IMG/VR virus record: IMGVR_UViG_3300050821_002957
Location: 341,632 to 405,631 of that record
Direction: 5' to 3' (one strand)
Length of the DNA stretch: 64,000 nucleotides
In this document: in pieces, positions 37,819 through 47,556 of the stretch
Numbering within the stretch: position 1 is the stretch's first letter
How the letters are laid out: each line of letters opens with the position of its first letter
Notes under the pieces: model-generated
The model's input: only the letters and a program-made list of their open reading frames with translations
Told to the model about the DNA's origin: nothing
Database searches by the model: none
Position numbers and translations under genes: made by a program

Positions 37819-38266
37819 TTGGAAGACGAAGGAACAGAAGAAATTGTTAATTTGGCCGCATTGGAGAAGCTCACCGAAGAACAACGGGATGAGCTTCTCT
37901 ATACTCTGGAAGAAAGACGTGACCTCCTTGATCTCAAAATTCAAGAACTACAGTTCGATCTTGACATGGAATTCGGTCCTGCTATTCCTCGGCGATCTAT
38001 TTCAAGAAGACGCCGCCGACCGGAACCAGACAGAAGTTTCGTCTACGTCTGTCAAAAAAGAAGTAGCAAACGTAGACCTGTACGAAGTCATCATCAGACA
38101 TAATACCGAAGAAAAAAGATTGTACACTTATGCTGCCTCTGAAGAAGAAGCCAGCAATAAGTTTCATCGGTACATTGTCTGTCAGTGGGTGGGGTATCCG
38201 TGGGACACTCCAGAGTCATTGATGTGCGGGACATTTGACAAAATTAAGAACAATGATACGCTGTAA
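37819..38266 (+). pseudogene. Hypothetical gene apparently split by a +1 frameshift near 37980-37990
   Basis: Protein-like N-half in the 37819 ORF and protein-like C-half in the overlapping +1 ORF. Confidence 0.4.
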
Positions 38267-38280
38267 AAGGTACAAGACAC

Positions 38281-38526
38281 ATGGCTAAAAGAGTCGCTTA
38301 TTCATTTCGCATTGCCTATCAAACGGAAGAAGAAATGGAGCATCTGGCAAAGGAAGGATCAACGGTCGATCCCGCATCGTTAATCCTTACTATACTTCCT
38401 AATGGTCTTCCAAGCTACAAGACATTGCACGCTTCGGGAGAGACAGAATTAGAAGCCTTGGCGAAGGTTGAAGCCTATGTCAAAAATACATCCTATCGGG
38501 ACATTGAAGATGGGAAAATGGTCTAG
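38281..38526 (+). CDS. Hypothetical protein
   Basis: ORF with upstream AAGG. Confidence 0.5.
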   Translation: MAKRVAYSFRIAYQTEEEMEHLAKEGSTVDPASLILTILPNGLPSYKTLHASGETELEALAKVEAYVKNTSYRDIEDGKMV

Positions 38527-38531
38527 AAAAT

Positions 38532-38900
38532 ATGAACAATACAACGTTAAATCGAATCACAAGAACTGGACGGCCTCGGAGCACACACTTCACCGCCGTA
38601 CAAAAAATCGTTCGGAACTACCGAGTAGATCCGAAGACTGGTCGTATCTACAATCGTAATGGCGTCGAAGTTGGTGGACGGACTTATGAGCCACGAGTTA
38701 CGGTTCATCTTGACGGTAAGAAATTCAATGCCAGAGTGAACAAAGTGATTGCTTATGTCACCTATGGTCCTGAGGCTCTCCGCAAGGGCGTTTCCGTAAT
38801 TCACAAGAACGGAAATAAGTTCGATAATCGTAGCTCGAACTTAGAGCTTCGTTACTCCCCGGCAGCAGAGCGTGCGTATCGTCGGCTGCAAGCTGCTTAG
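38532..38900 (+). CDS. HNH endonuclease-like protein
   Basis: VIHKNGNKFDNRSSNLE. Confidence 0.75.
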   Translation: MNNTTLNRITRTGRPRSTHFTAVQKIVRNYRVDPKTGRIYNRNGVEVGGRTYEPRVTVHLDGKKFNARVNKVIAYVTYGPEALRKGVSVIHKNGNKFDNRSSNLELRYSPAAERAYRRLQAA

Positions 38901-38917
38901 TATTTGGTTTGAGACTA

Positions 38918-38942
38918 GAGCCTCTGGAAACGGAGGCTCTTT
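38918..38942 (+). terminator. Intrinsic terminator
   Basis: AGAGCCTCTG-GAAA-CGGAGGCTCT-TT. Confidence 0.75.
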
Positions 38943-39009
38943 GTGTCTCTATAGATATTGACGAATTTATAATTGATGAGATACTGAATTACACACAAGC
39001 GAAAGGACA

Positions 39010-39849
39010 ATGACATTACAACCAATTAAGAACACACACTCTGGATACCAACTATGGAGTGATGTTAATGCTGCTTTGATGACCCTACCGGCAATTTTCA
39101 AAACCAACATCAACATCTCAGGCATTCAAGCACCGGATCTTTTTGCTCTAAACTCTCTACTCAGTGTTTCTGTTGAAACCGAAGTTGTAAACACACTCAA
39201 CAAACTAAAGCCAGAATGGGGGAGCCACAAACTTTATCCCTTTCATTCTTTCATTCGCCAATCGCAAGTTTTCCCGGATGTCATCTTCGCACGCAGAATT
39301 CCCAACACGAATCAAATTGATACCAGTTCTATTGTGATGGGTGTGGAACTCAAATCATGGTATGTCCTTTCCAAAGAGGAAGAACCCAGTTTTAGATACA
39401 AGATCACGGCAGCGGCTTGCAACGATTTGGATTTGTTGGTCGTCATTCCTTGGCACCTATCTGAGGTAATCTCTGGCGCTCCCTTGACGCTAACGCCGTA
39501 CATTGAATCGGCTAAGTTTGTTGCTGAGGTTCGTAATAATCATTGGGTAAAAACGCACGATGACATCCGAGTACCGGCAGGGGTGGGAATTTATCCAGAT
39601 ATGAAAACAGAATGCTCCGATAACGCCCTCAGAGACAAGGGAAACAACTTTGGACGAATTGCACGAACTGGAATCATGGACTCTTATGTGCGAGACATGT
39701 TATCAGAACCTCTGCTTGGTATACCGGCAAAAAACTGGATTTCCTTTTTGAAAGAGGCAAAAGACACAATGAATGTACAAAGAGTAGCAAACACAAACAT
39801 GATTCAAGGATTATTCGACTTCGAGGAATGCGCTGACGCTGCAATATAG
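39010..39849 (+). CDS. Restriction-endonuclease-like PD-(D/E)XK protein
   Basis: QVFPDVI...GVELKSW. Confidence 0.55.
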   Translation: MTLQPIKNTHSGYQLWSDVNAALMTLPAIFKTNINISGIQAPDLFALNSLLSVSVETEVVNTLNKLKPEWGSHKLYPFHSFIRQSQVFPDVIFARRIPNTNQIDTSSIVMGVELKSWYVLSKEEEPSFRYKITAAACNDLDLLVVIPWHLSEVISGAPLTLTPYIESAKFVAEVRNNHWVKTHDDIRVPAGVGIYPDMKTECSDNALRDKGNNFGRIARTGIMDSYVRDMLSEPLLGIPAKNWISFLKEAKDTMNVQRVANTNMIQGLFDFEECADAAI

Positions 39850-39857
39850 AAAGGACA

Positions 39858-40754
39858 ATGACATCACAAGAATTAGTAGTTAACGACACAAGATACACTC
39901 CGCTGTACGAACATGGCTTCGTCGGCCTAATCGAAACTATGGGTAGTGACGAAGCAATTTGCCAAGCTGCCCGAGTGAGCTATGGCACCGGAACCAAATC
40001 AGTCTCCGATGACAGAAACCTCATTCGATACTTGAAGCGGCATAAGCACACTTCACCGTTCGAGATGGCCGAAGTAAAGTTACATCTAAAAATGCCGATC
40101 TTTGTCATGAGGCAGTGGGTCAGACACCGCACCGCAAATTTGAATGAGTACAGCGCCCGATATTCAGAACTGTCAAACGAATTTTACGTCCCGGCTCCTG
40201 ATTACATCGCTCCACAGTCTACGACCAACAATCAAGGACGTGGTGGTGAATTGTCGCACAATGACAAGATGATCGCAGCCGACATCATGAAGAACTCCAT
40301 TGAGGCCAGCTATCATGATTATGAAGTTCTGTTGGGTAAGCTCGAAGAAGATCGTTTCAGTGATGATTTCGACGGCATCTCCCGAGAGCTTGCACGAATT
40401 CCTGTTCCAGTCGCCAATTACACCGAATGTTACTGGAAAATAGATTTACACAATTTATTTCACTTCCTTGCCCTAAGAATGGACAGTCATGCACAGCGAG
40501 AAATTCGTGACTATGCCGACGCAGTTTATGCTTTGGTCAAAGAGTGTTTTCCACTGTCGTGTGAAGCCTTCGAGGACTATCAGTTCCACGCAAAGACGCT
40601 ATCTCGCATGGATCTGCTGGCTATCGTAGATATGCTTTCTGGCACCTTCGTAGCAGACGCAAAACACTATGGAATGTCGAAGCGTGAATACACGGAATTC
40701 GTTGATTTCTTTAAGCCAAACGCCTCTCACTCACAGAACCTCACCCACTTCTAA
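39858..40754 (+). CDS. thyX: Flavin-dependent thymidylate synthase
   Basis: AARVSY, HTSPFE, RQWVRHRTANLNEYSARY, ELAR, LRMDSHAQREIR. Confidence 0.96.
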   Translation: MTSQELVVNDTRYTPLYEHGFVGLIETMGSDEAICQAARVSYGTGTKSVSDDRNLIRYLKRHKHTSPFEMAEVKLHLKMPIFVMRQWVRHRTANLNEYSARYSELSNEFYVPAPDYIAPQSTTNNQGRGGELSHNDKMIAADIMKNSIEASYHDYEVLLGKLEEDRFSDDFDGISRELARIPVPVANYTECYWKIDLHNLFHFLALRMDSHAQREIRDYADAVYALVKECFPLSCEAFEDYQFHAKTLSRMDLLAIVDMLSGTFVADAKHYGMSKREYTEFVDFFKPNASHSQNLTHF

Positions 40755-40825
40755 ATAGGTACGCCTCGCTCAGTGTGGCCGTCGCTACACTGAGCATTTT
40801 CATTTGTTGGAGAACAAAAAATTTC

Positions 40826-43132
40826 ATGTCTCAGTCAACCGCTACAAAGTTTCCTTTCAGACCCATCGCCGCAGGAATGGGCCAAGCTGTAGCAGAAAGA
40901 ACCATCCTCAGAAAAAAAGAATCCGGTGATTACGAAAATTGGGGAGATGTCGCCGAACGAGTTGCAAAAGGTAATAGCAGTCTTTTTGACGGCCCGATCC
41001 ATTCGAGTGAATCCGAATACAATTTGTTACGCAAACACATTGCGAACGGCAATACTCTCATGTCCGGTCGTCACCTTCAACACGGAGACGCCATGCAATC
41101 CACACGGAACATGGAAGTCTTTACTAATTGTGCAACCTCTTCTACTTCCTTCCTGCTCTTTTACCTTCTTTTGAACGGCTCCGGTGTCGGTCGCTGCTAC
41201 GATGATGATATGATCCTGGTGAATTGGGATCATGCACCAAATCTTCGTTGCGTACTCGATACTTCTCATCCAGATTTCAACTATTCTGCACACGAATCTT
41301 CTCGTGATGCCAAACACAAATATCTCGATTGCATTAGTAAGACCGACAGCAATGTTATGTGGTACGAAGTTCCTGACAGCCGGGAAGGATGGGCTAAAGC
41401 ACTCGAACTTTGGGAAAATGCAGCCTGGGAAAAAATCCATGCAAACAAGATGCTCATTCTCGACTTTTCAAAGGTTCGTCCAAAGGGATCTCCCATTGGT
41501 GGTATGCAAAATCGGCCAGCTTCAGGTCCGGTCGCTCTCATGGATGCGTTCAATAAGGCAGCAAGCCTTAAGGGAGCCGGTTTAGCGCCTTGGAAGCAGG
41601 CGATGTACCTGGACCACTACTTTGCCGAATGCGTCCTCGTAGGCGGCGCTAGAAGAGCAGCACGCATGTCTACAAAGCACTGGTCCGATGAGACTGTCCT
41701 GGATTTCGTGACCATCAAACGTCCCATCGAATTCCGTGGCAAGCGTGTAGATGAAATTCTTGCTCTCCGTGCTGATGATCCAAAATATTGGCAGGGGAAA
41801 GGATTTCTCTGGTCCTCGAACAATTCGATCACTGTAGATGAAGAATTTTGGGAATTGGTTCGTGCAAAAGACAAATCGCCTCGTGCCAAACACGCCAAAA
41901 AAGTTTTCCGCACTGTCTGTGAAGCAGCATATGCAGACGGCACTGGCGAACCCGGTTTCATCAACAGCCACATGTTGGTCCAGAAAGATGATGGCTGGAC
42001 AGATTTGAATCGTGGTGATTACGTCGGATCGGCAAAGTATCAGTTAAATGACGATACACAAATTTTGATGTCTCGTCTGGCGAAGCGTGCAAAGAAAAAG
42101 AAATATCATACGATCACCAATCCTTGTGGCGAAATCGCCTTGAACGTCCTTGGTGGATTTTGTGTCATCGCCGACGTTGTTCCATTTCATTGCGACACAT
42201 TAGATGAAGCGGAAGAGTGCTTCAGGGTTACTACTCGTGCGCTCATGCGTGTCAATACGATGGATTCGATTTATAACAAAGAAGTCAAACGAACCAATCG
42301 TATCGGCGTCGGAATGACTGGTGTTCATGAGTTTGCGTACAAGTTTTTCGGTCTTGGTTTCAAGGAACTGATCGACGAAGAGAAGTCAAAAGATTTCTGG
42401 TTGACAATGGCTCGCTTCAATCGTGCAGTTCATGAAGAGGCTGGTACATTTGCAGCGGAGATGAGTGTTCCTGTGCCTCATACAGAGACCACTATTAAGC
42501 CTGCCGGAACGACTTCTAAGCTGTTCTTGCTGACCGAAGGATGGCACCTACCGACCATGAAGGAATTTTTGCGTTGGGTACAGTTCCGTCATGATGATCC
42601 GCTCGTCAAAGTGTACAAGAACGCTGGATATCCGATACGTGAAGACCTAAAACAGTATACCGGCACTACGATTGTTGGATTCCCTACTGCACCGACGATT
42701 ACAACATTAGGTATGGATGATAAACTCGTGACCGCCGCCGATGCTTCTCCTGAAGATCAGTTCAAATGGTTGATGCTCGGAGAAAAATATTGGATTTGTG
42801 GCACTGACGAAAAGGGCGAGCCTGTTGCTGATGCTTACGGCAATCAGATCAGTTATACACTCAAGTACAGACCAGATGTGACAGACTTCGATCACTTCAA
42901 AAAGATGATCCTCAAGTATCAGTCACAAGTACGCTGTGCTTCTGTAATGCCTCAGGACGATGCTTCTTCTTATGAATATCAACCAGAGCAACCAATCTCG
43001 ACCAGAGAGTTTAAGAAGCTAGTTGCCACCATTAAGGATGTGGCCGATTTGAAGGAAGATATTGGTCGTGAACACGTAGGCTGCGACAATGGTGCATGTC
43101 CAGTAGATTTCAACACTGGATCAAAAAACTAA
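40826..43132 (+). CDS. nrdJ: Ribonucleotide reductase, class II-like
   Basis: GRHL, FTNC, ASGP, VGGARRAA, GEPG, TNPCGEI, RIGVG, TIKPAGT, C-terminal CDNGACP. Confidence 0.85.
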   Translation: MSQSTATKFPFRPIAAGMGQAVAERTILRKKESGDYENWGDVAERVAKGNSSLFDGPIHSSESEYNLLRKHIANGNTLMSGRHLQHGDAMQSTRNMEVFTNCATSSTSFLLFYLLLNGSGVGRCYDDDMILVNWDHAPNLRCVLDTSHPDFNYSAHESSRDAKHKYLDCISKTDSNVMWYEVPDSREGWAKALELWENAAWEKIHANKMLILDFSKVRPKGSPIGGMQNRPASGPVALMDAFNKAASLKGAGLAPWKQAMYLDHYFAECVLVGGARRAARMSTKHWSDETVLDFVTIKRPIEFRGKRVDEILALRADDPKYWQGKGFLWSSNNSITVDEEFWELVRAKDKSPRAKHAKKVFRTVCEAAYADGTGEPGFINSHMLVQKDDGWTDLNRGDYVGSAKYQLNDDTQILMSRLAKRAKKKKYHTITNPCGEIALNVLGGFCVIADVVPFHCDTLDEAEECFRVTTRALMRVNTMDSIYNKEVKRTNRIGVGMTGVHEFAYKFFGLGFKELIDEEKSKDFWLTMARFNRAVHEEAGTFAAEMSVPVPHTETTIKPAGTTSKLFLLTEGWHLPTMKEFLRWVQFRHDDPLVKVYKNAGYPIREDLKQYTGTTIVGFPTAPTITTLGMDDKLVTAADASPEDQFKWLMLGEKYWICGTDEKGEPVADAYGNQISYTLKYRPDVTDFDHFKKMILKYQSQVRCASVMPQDDASSYEYQPEQPISTREFKKLVATIKDVADLKEDIGREHVGCDNGACPVDFNTGSKN

Positions 43133-43158
43133 GATAGCTAAATCAGCTTTATAAGTGG

Positions 43159-43190
43159 GGCAGGTCACTGAAATGGCCTGCCTTTTTTGT
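43159..43190 (+). terminator. Intrinsic terminator
   Basis: GGCAGGTCA-CTGAAA-TGGCCTGCC-TTTTTT. Confidence 0.8.
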
Positions 43191-43290
43191 TGTCATCAGT
43201 CTGAAAATCAAGATTGAAATAAATTAGAATAGGTCAGGCAAAACACGACTTGGCTGTGACAAAAAGAGAACCATACACAGGAGAACCATA

Positions 43291-43494
43291 ATGGCCGATT
43301 TGAGAAAGGGTGTTGAGTGCGATTACTGCGGGGCGGCGTTCCACATCAAGTTCCCAGAAGACGTAAACACACCGACCTTTTGTTGTTTCTGCGGCGAGGC
43401 TTTTGACGATTCCGATGATGTTGATGACGAAGATGATGATGGCGATCTCGATTACATAGACGAAGAAAGGGACGAAACAGAAGACTTCAGTTAA
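43291..43494 (+). CDS. Small Zn-ribbon acidic protein
   Basis: CDYC...CCFCG, acidic tail, GGAG RBS. Confidence 0.65.
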   Translation: MADLRKGVECDYCGAAFHIKFPEDVNTPTFCCFCGEAFDDSDDVDDEDDDGDLDYIDEERDETEDFS

Positions 43495-43508
43495 CCCTAA
43501 ATAGGGGC

Positions 43509-44072
43509 ATGAAGAAGCAAGCAGTTCAGTGGGTAGTGGGTGTTGATTATTCTATGTCATGCCCTGCAATTACTATTTTCAATACAGACCAAGAATTCAA
43601 TTTTGGAAACTGTGTTATCCACTACCTCTCAGAAAAAGTTCCGAACAACAGTCTCCCAAATGTTCACGGCACTCGGCTCAGTGAATACACCAACAATGAG
43701 CAGCGATTTGATTTGATTTCTGAATGGGCCGTTGGTTGTATTCCTCGATCAGCAACAATTTTTATTGAAGACTATTCGTTCGGGTCCAAAGGTAAGACGT
43801 TTCATATTGCTGAAAATGCTGGACTCGTAAAGCACAAGCTGTGGCGTCTCGGCCATTCCATCCACCCCATCCCACCAACCGTCATCAAGAAATTCGCTAC
43901 AGGCAAGGGAAACGCCGACAAAACCTTGATGCATCAGTCCTTCGTCATCGAGACCGGATTTGACTTGATGACAATTTACCAACCTAAATCAATGAACGTC
44001 GGAAGTCCAGCCGGTGACATTGTAGACAGTTACTATATTTGCAAATATGGAGTGGAGAAAGCCGGGGATTGA
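43509..44072 (+). CDS. RuvC-like Holliday junction resolvase
   Basis: GVDYSMSCPA, IEDYS, AENAG, PTVIKKFATGKGNADK, DIVDSY. Confidence 0.85.
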   Translation: MKKQAVQWVVGVDYSMSCPAITIFNTDQEFNFGNCVIHYLSEKVPNNSLPNVHGTRLSEYTNNEQRFDLISEWAVGCIPRSATIFIEDYSFGSKGKTFHIAENAGLVKHKLWRLGHSIHPIPPTVIKKFATGKGNADKTLMHQSFVIETGFDLMTIYQPKSMNVGSPAGDIVDSYYICKYGVEKAGD

Positions 44073-44205
44073 CGGTGTACGCAGCGTAGCTCGGTAGGAC
44101 ACCCGGCTTGCCCTACAAATATGCTCGTACACGCCAGCTAGTTCGATTGCTGATCCTTCCTCGTGGCTAAAATGTCGTCGAACCGACTCATCACAGGAAT
44201 CGATT
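44073..44205 (-). ncRNA. Candidate structured small RNA
   Basis: Two long stems and a minus-strand TTGCTC-17-TATAAT promoter. Confidence 0.35.
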
Positions 44206-44228
44206 TGATTATAGCATAAATACAGAAC

Positions 44229-44969
44229 ATGAGCAAGAACCTAGGTTTTAAATACGAACTTCACACCGAAAAAGGCGAAAATATTCTCATTCAGTCAGTT
44301 TCCGGCGCACGTATCGGCATGATGTTAGAGCATATCGCAAAGACAATTTACGATCAACGCAATGTACACGGACCTTTGGTCTTGAATATGGTTGAGGCTC
44401 GTCTTGAAGATGGTAAGGTGCTCAATGATCCAAAAAAGATGGAATCTCTGAGCACACTGGTAACGCTGGCTGCGGAACATTACAAGCAGAAAGCAGGCAA
44501 GCTCATGGTCGAAACCCAACTCATTAAGAAAGCCGGAATTGCTGAAAATTTGAAAAAGGTTCTTTCAAATCCGAAAAAAACCACAAAACTACTTGAACAA
44601 TTAAAGCTCAAGAAACGCTATGCAACCTGTCCAGAATGCAATCGAGACAATATCAATCTTGGCAAACCAACATCATGGAAACTAAAGGATAAAAAGATGG
44701 TTTGCAATTCATGTGCAAAAAACGTAAATGAACTTGAATTGCCCGATCTTGAAGTGGGCGACATTCTCAAAGTTGGCAAATTCAAAAATCGTGCTGTTGA
44801 GATCAAAGGATTCAGCACAGATGAACATGGTCAACCAGTCGCCGATACAACAAAGGGCGATCAGAAAATTTTCAAACCTCGTGTTGCAAAATTGGAACCG
44901 GGAGCCGAACCGAAGACTGAAGCTGAAGTAATGGATAAACGGGGAAAGAAAACAGCGCAGGTGAAATGA
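44229..44969 (+). CDS. Late hypothetical protein, possibly head-associated
   Basis: ATAAATA upstream; VGDILKVGKFKNR domain after an xNE site. Confidence 0.6.
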   Translation: MSKNLGFKYELHTEKGENILIQSVSGARIGMMLEHIAKTIYDQRNVHGPLVLNMVEARLEDGKVLNDPKKMESLSTLVTLAAEHYKQKAGKLMVETQLIKKAGIAENLKKVLSNPKKTTKLLEQLKLKKRYATCPECNRDNINLGKPTSWKLKDKKMVCNSCAKNVNELELPDLEVGDILKVGKFKNRAVEIKGFSTDEHGQPVADTTKGDQKIFKPRVAKLEPGAEPKTEAEVMDKRGKKTAQVK

Positions 44970-45019
44970 GGGACGAGCAGTAATAAACCCGTCCCCGTCT
45001 TTTGTGGATCGGAAACGAG

Positions 45020-45181
45020 CTACTTGGTGGTAGCGGTCGTCTTTGAAGGAGCCGTGGTCTTCTTTGCTGCCTTCTTGGTTGTTGCTGTCGTGCTCTTCGT
45101 TGTCGGTGCTGTGGTCGGAGCCTGAGCGAACGTCAATGCTGCAAATGCTGCAAATGCTGCTGTCAAAAATGCGATTTTCAT
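45020..45181 (-). CDS. Small secreted Lys/Thr/Ala-rich peptide
   Basis: Signal peptide MKIAFLTAAFAAFAALTFA; GAGG RBS. Confidence 0.6.
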   Translation of the reverse strand: MKIAFLTAAFAAFAALTFAQAPTTAPTTKSTTATTKKAAKKTTAPSKTTATTK

Positions 45182-45262
45182 AGTGTTTCCTCTGCCGTTA
45201 ACCGGCTTGTACAATCACACTGTAGCACATCATTCGAGAGCGTCAAGAAAAAATTTGTTAAT

Positions 45263-45484
45263 CTAACGAATACAAACTAAACCGTCTTCGTGGATTGCGG
45301 TGACGATCAATTTGTTCTTCTTGATGACAGCAAGCTCTTCAAGAAACAGAGCAACATGTGGTAGACTACATTGCATAAGTGGGCGCACAACAATGCCGAA
45401 CTCGTTGCCGACACAATCGTACTGAGAAGGATACAGGTAGTTCAGATACTCCGCAATGGTTACGTAGTCGTCTTTCTTCTTCAT
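45263..45484 (-). CDS. Hypothetical protein
   Basis: ORF with a divergent promoter region upstream. Confidence 0.45.
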   Translation of the reverse strand: MKKKDDYVTIAEYLNYLYPSQYDCVGNEFGIVVRPLMQCSLPHVALFLEELAVIKKNKLIVTAIHEDGLVCIR

Positions 45485-45539
45485 CCAATAGATACATTAA
45501 CACAAATTTGCCAATTGTCAATGATGATGGTATAATTGT

Positions 45540-46307
45540 ATGATGGAAAGAAAATTGGTTGGGATGATCGTGCCCGACGTGCATGAAAATTTTGAGCGTC
45601 TGATCAAAATCTTGGCGAAGTATCCTACGTTGTGGGCAGTCTTCCTCGGCGATTGGTTCGACACATTTGCGAATCATGGCGCACCGACGATCAATACGAT
45701 GCTGGTTGCCAAATGGTTGCGGGACAACATCACGAATCCTCTCTACACTTTTTTGTGGGGCAACCATGATCTTCACTATGCTTTCCCCCTCAACGATCTT
45801 TGTTGTAGTGGCTGGAACCGGAACAAATTAGAAATCATTCGTAATCACATCGGCGATACGGACGATGGTTGGAAAAAATTCAAATTACACAAATGGATCG
45901 AGTTTCCCAACATAGAATTTTTGTTGACGCACGCCGGTCTTCACCCATACCTATTGCATCCGATTCATGGTTTCGGCAAGAATTGGTTGAATGAAATGAC
46001 CGAAGAAACGATGTACAAAGTGCGATACGAAAAACAGGTTACGTCTGCACTTACGATTGGTCCAGGCCGGGAAAGCAGTTCTCGTGCTCGTGTCGGCGGC
46101 ATTGTCTGGCTCGACTGGAAAACTGAATTTATGCCCATCGAAGGATTGAACCAGATCGTCGGCCATACACCAGGAGACCACGTTCGGACGAAAATGCTCC
46201 GCAACGATGAGGGAGTAATCGTCAGCGCCAACTACTGCCTTGACACCCATTTAAAACATGTGATACTAGTCTTTGATGACGGTACACTTCAAATTGAGAG
46301 CATCTAA
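45540..46307 (+). CDS. Calcineurin-like metallophosphoesterase
   Basis: PDVH, LGDWFD, GNHD, THAG, VGHT. Confidence 0.88.
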   Translation: MMERKLVGMIVPDVHENFERLIKILAKYPTLWAVFLGDWFDTFANHGAPTINTMLVAKWLRDNITNPLYTFLWGNHDLHYAFPLNDLCCSGWNRNKLEIIRNHIGDTDDGWKKFKLHKWIEFPNIEFLLTHAGLHPYLLHPIHGFGKNWLNEMTEETMYKVRYEKQVTSALTIGPGRESSSRARVGGIVWLDWKTEFMPIEGLNQIVGHTPGDHVRTKMLRNDEGVIVSANYCLDTHLKHVILVFDDGTLQIESI

Positions 46308-47072
46308 ATGACGAACCATCCACTACGTAATGTAATAGCGCACGGTTTCCAGACCATCCATACCAATGGCGGTTACGTTTCGCCTACGAAGAACAAAGAA
46401 CGCAATACGCAGACAGAAGTTTTGGCTTCGCTGAAAAAGAATTCCTTGGTCGATATTACGTATTGGAATCTTGCCGACGAAGTGATCGATTTCTTTCGCA
46501 CGCTACCAAAAAACCCAGAATACAAGTCGATCATGGCGAGAGCAGATGGCCCGGAATTTCAGACGTGCATTGATGCGGTGAAAGATGACGAAATCAATCA
46601 TCTCACGTTCATGTACGCCGTCTTGATTCCGCATCTTTATTCCAAGCTGAAACCAAAGCTCTCGAAGGCTCCAAAGCTGAATCCAAATAGCACCGTCGCT
46701 AAGATTATCGATCCAGGTGAATTCATGGGCACGCTCAACAAGGCTGATCGTTTCTTCGTCAAGCTAGTGTTCGTCGGCCCAGAATACCCTACAAAGGGTA
46801 CGCTCTTCAAAGTCATTGATCGTAGCGGTAACATTGGGTTTTTCATCGACAGAGCCGAACGATTCGTCAACAAAATCTTCTTGACTGATTGTTTCGCCAT
46901 GCACGCCACGCCCTCTCGACATGTACCTGACGAAAAGACCGGCGAGAAGCATACTATTTTCCGCAATATCGAACTGATCGCAGGCAAAACTGTACCGGGT
47001 AAGGGTAGCATTGATACCTCCAACGACGAAAGCAAGGGAAAGGTCTTCAGCAAAGAAGCCTTGTTCGATTAG
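46308..47072 (+). CDS. Hypothetical protein (possible OB-fold C-terminus)
   Basis: Long ORF in the operon. Confidence 0.55.
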   Translation: MTNHPLRNVIAHGFQTIHTNGGYVSPTKNKERNTQTEVLASLKKNSLVDITYWNLADEVIDFFRTLPKNPEYKSIMARADGPEFQTCIDAVKDDEINHLTFMYAVLIPHLYSKLKPKLSKAPKLNPNSTVAKIIDPGEFMGTLNKADRFFVKLVFVGPEYPTKGTLFKVIDRSGNIGFFIDRAERFVNKIFLTDCFAMHATPSRHVPDEKTGEKHTIFRNIELIAGKTVPGKGSIDTSNDESKGKVFSKEALFD

Positions 47073-47073
47073 A

Positions 47074-47265
47074 ATGTGGATCTCAAACATTGTTTTTGGA
47101 ATTCTCCTGTTCTGGGTTATCAGTGCTAATGATGAAGAAATTATGGATTTCTTCGATGACGGATCACCAACACCAGTCATGGGAGCCAAACTCTTGCTGT
47201 CGATTTTTGTTGTCGTTGTGATCTGGCACCTATATCATCGTTTGTTCGTGTTTTTGATAGGTTGA
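47074..47265 (+). CDS. Small membrane protein
   Basis: Two hydrophobic segments. Confidence 0.5.
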   Translation: MWISNIVFGILLFWVISANDEEIMDFFDDGSPTPVMGAKLLLSIFVVVVIWHLYHRLFVFLIG

Positions 47266-47295
47266 CGAATCCTGAAGTCGTGGGAAAATGGTTCT

Positions 47296-47556
47296 ATGAC
47301 TTCTACACAACAGAAAGGATTCAACCATACAACTCTTTTAGAGATTTTGAACGCACGAGAAGCGAATATCAAGTTCCGAAAGCTCAACGGTGATCTGCGA
47401 ACAATGCGTTGTACGCTGAAAGCTGACCTCCTACCATCGACGATTGCTGAAGCACTAGACAAAACCAACCGGCCCAGCGATCTCATCACAGTATATGACT
47501 TGGACATGAACGGCTGGCGTTCTTTCCACATCGATAGTATAATTGAAGTGCTGTGA
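47296..47556 (+). CDS. WYL/SH3-like small protein conserved in T4-like phages
   Basis: FRKLNGDLRTMRCTL, VYDLDMNGWRSF. Confidence 0.75.
   Translation: MTSTQQKGFNHTTLLEILNAREANIKFRKLNGDLRTMRCTLKADLLPSTIAEALDKTNRPSDLITVYDLDMNGWRSFHIDSIIEVL

Noticed and set aside
44073-44205. tRNA or SRP RNA identity for the structured gap
   Set aside because: GTTCGA is present but no cloverleaf or CCA end can be built, and the SRP helix-8 resemblance is too weak.
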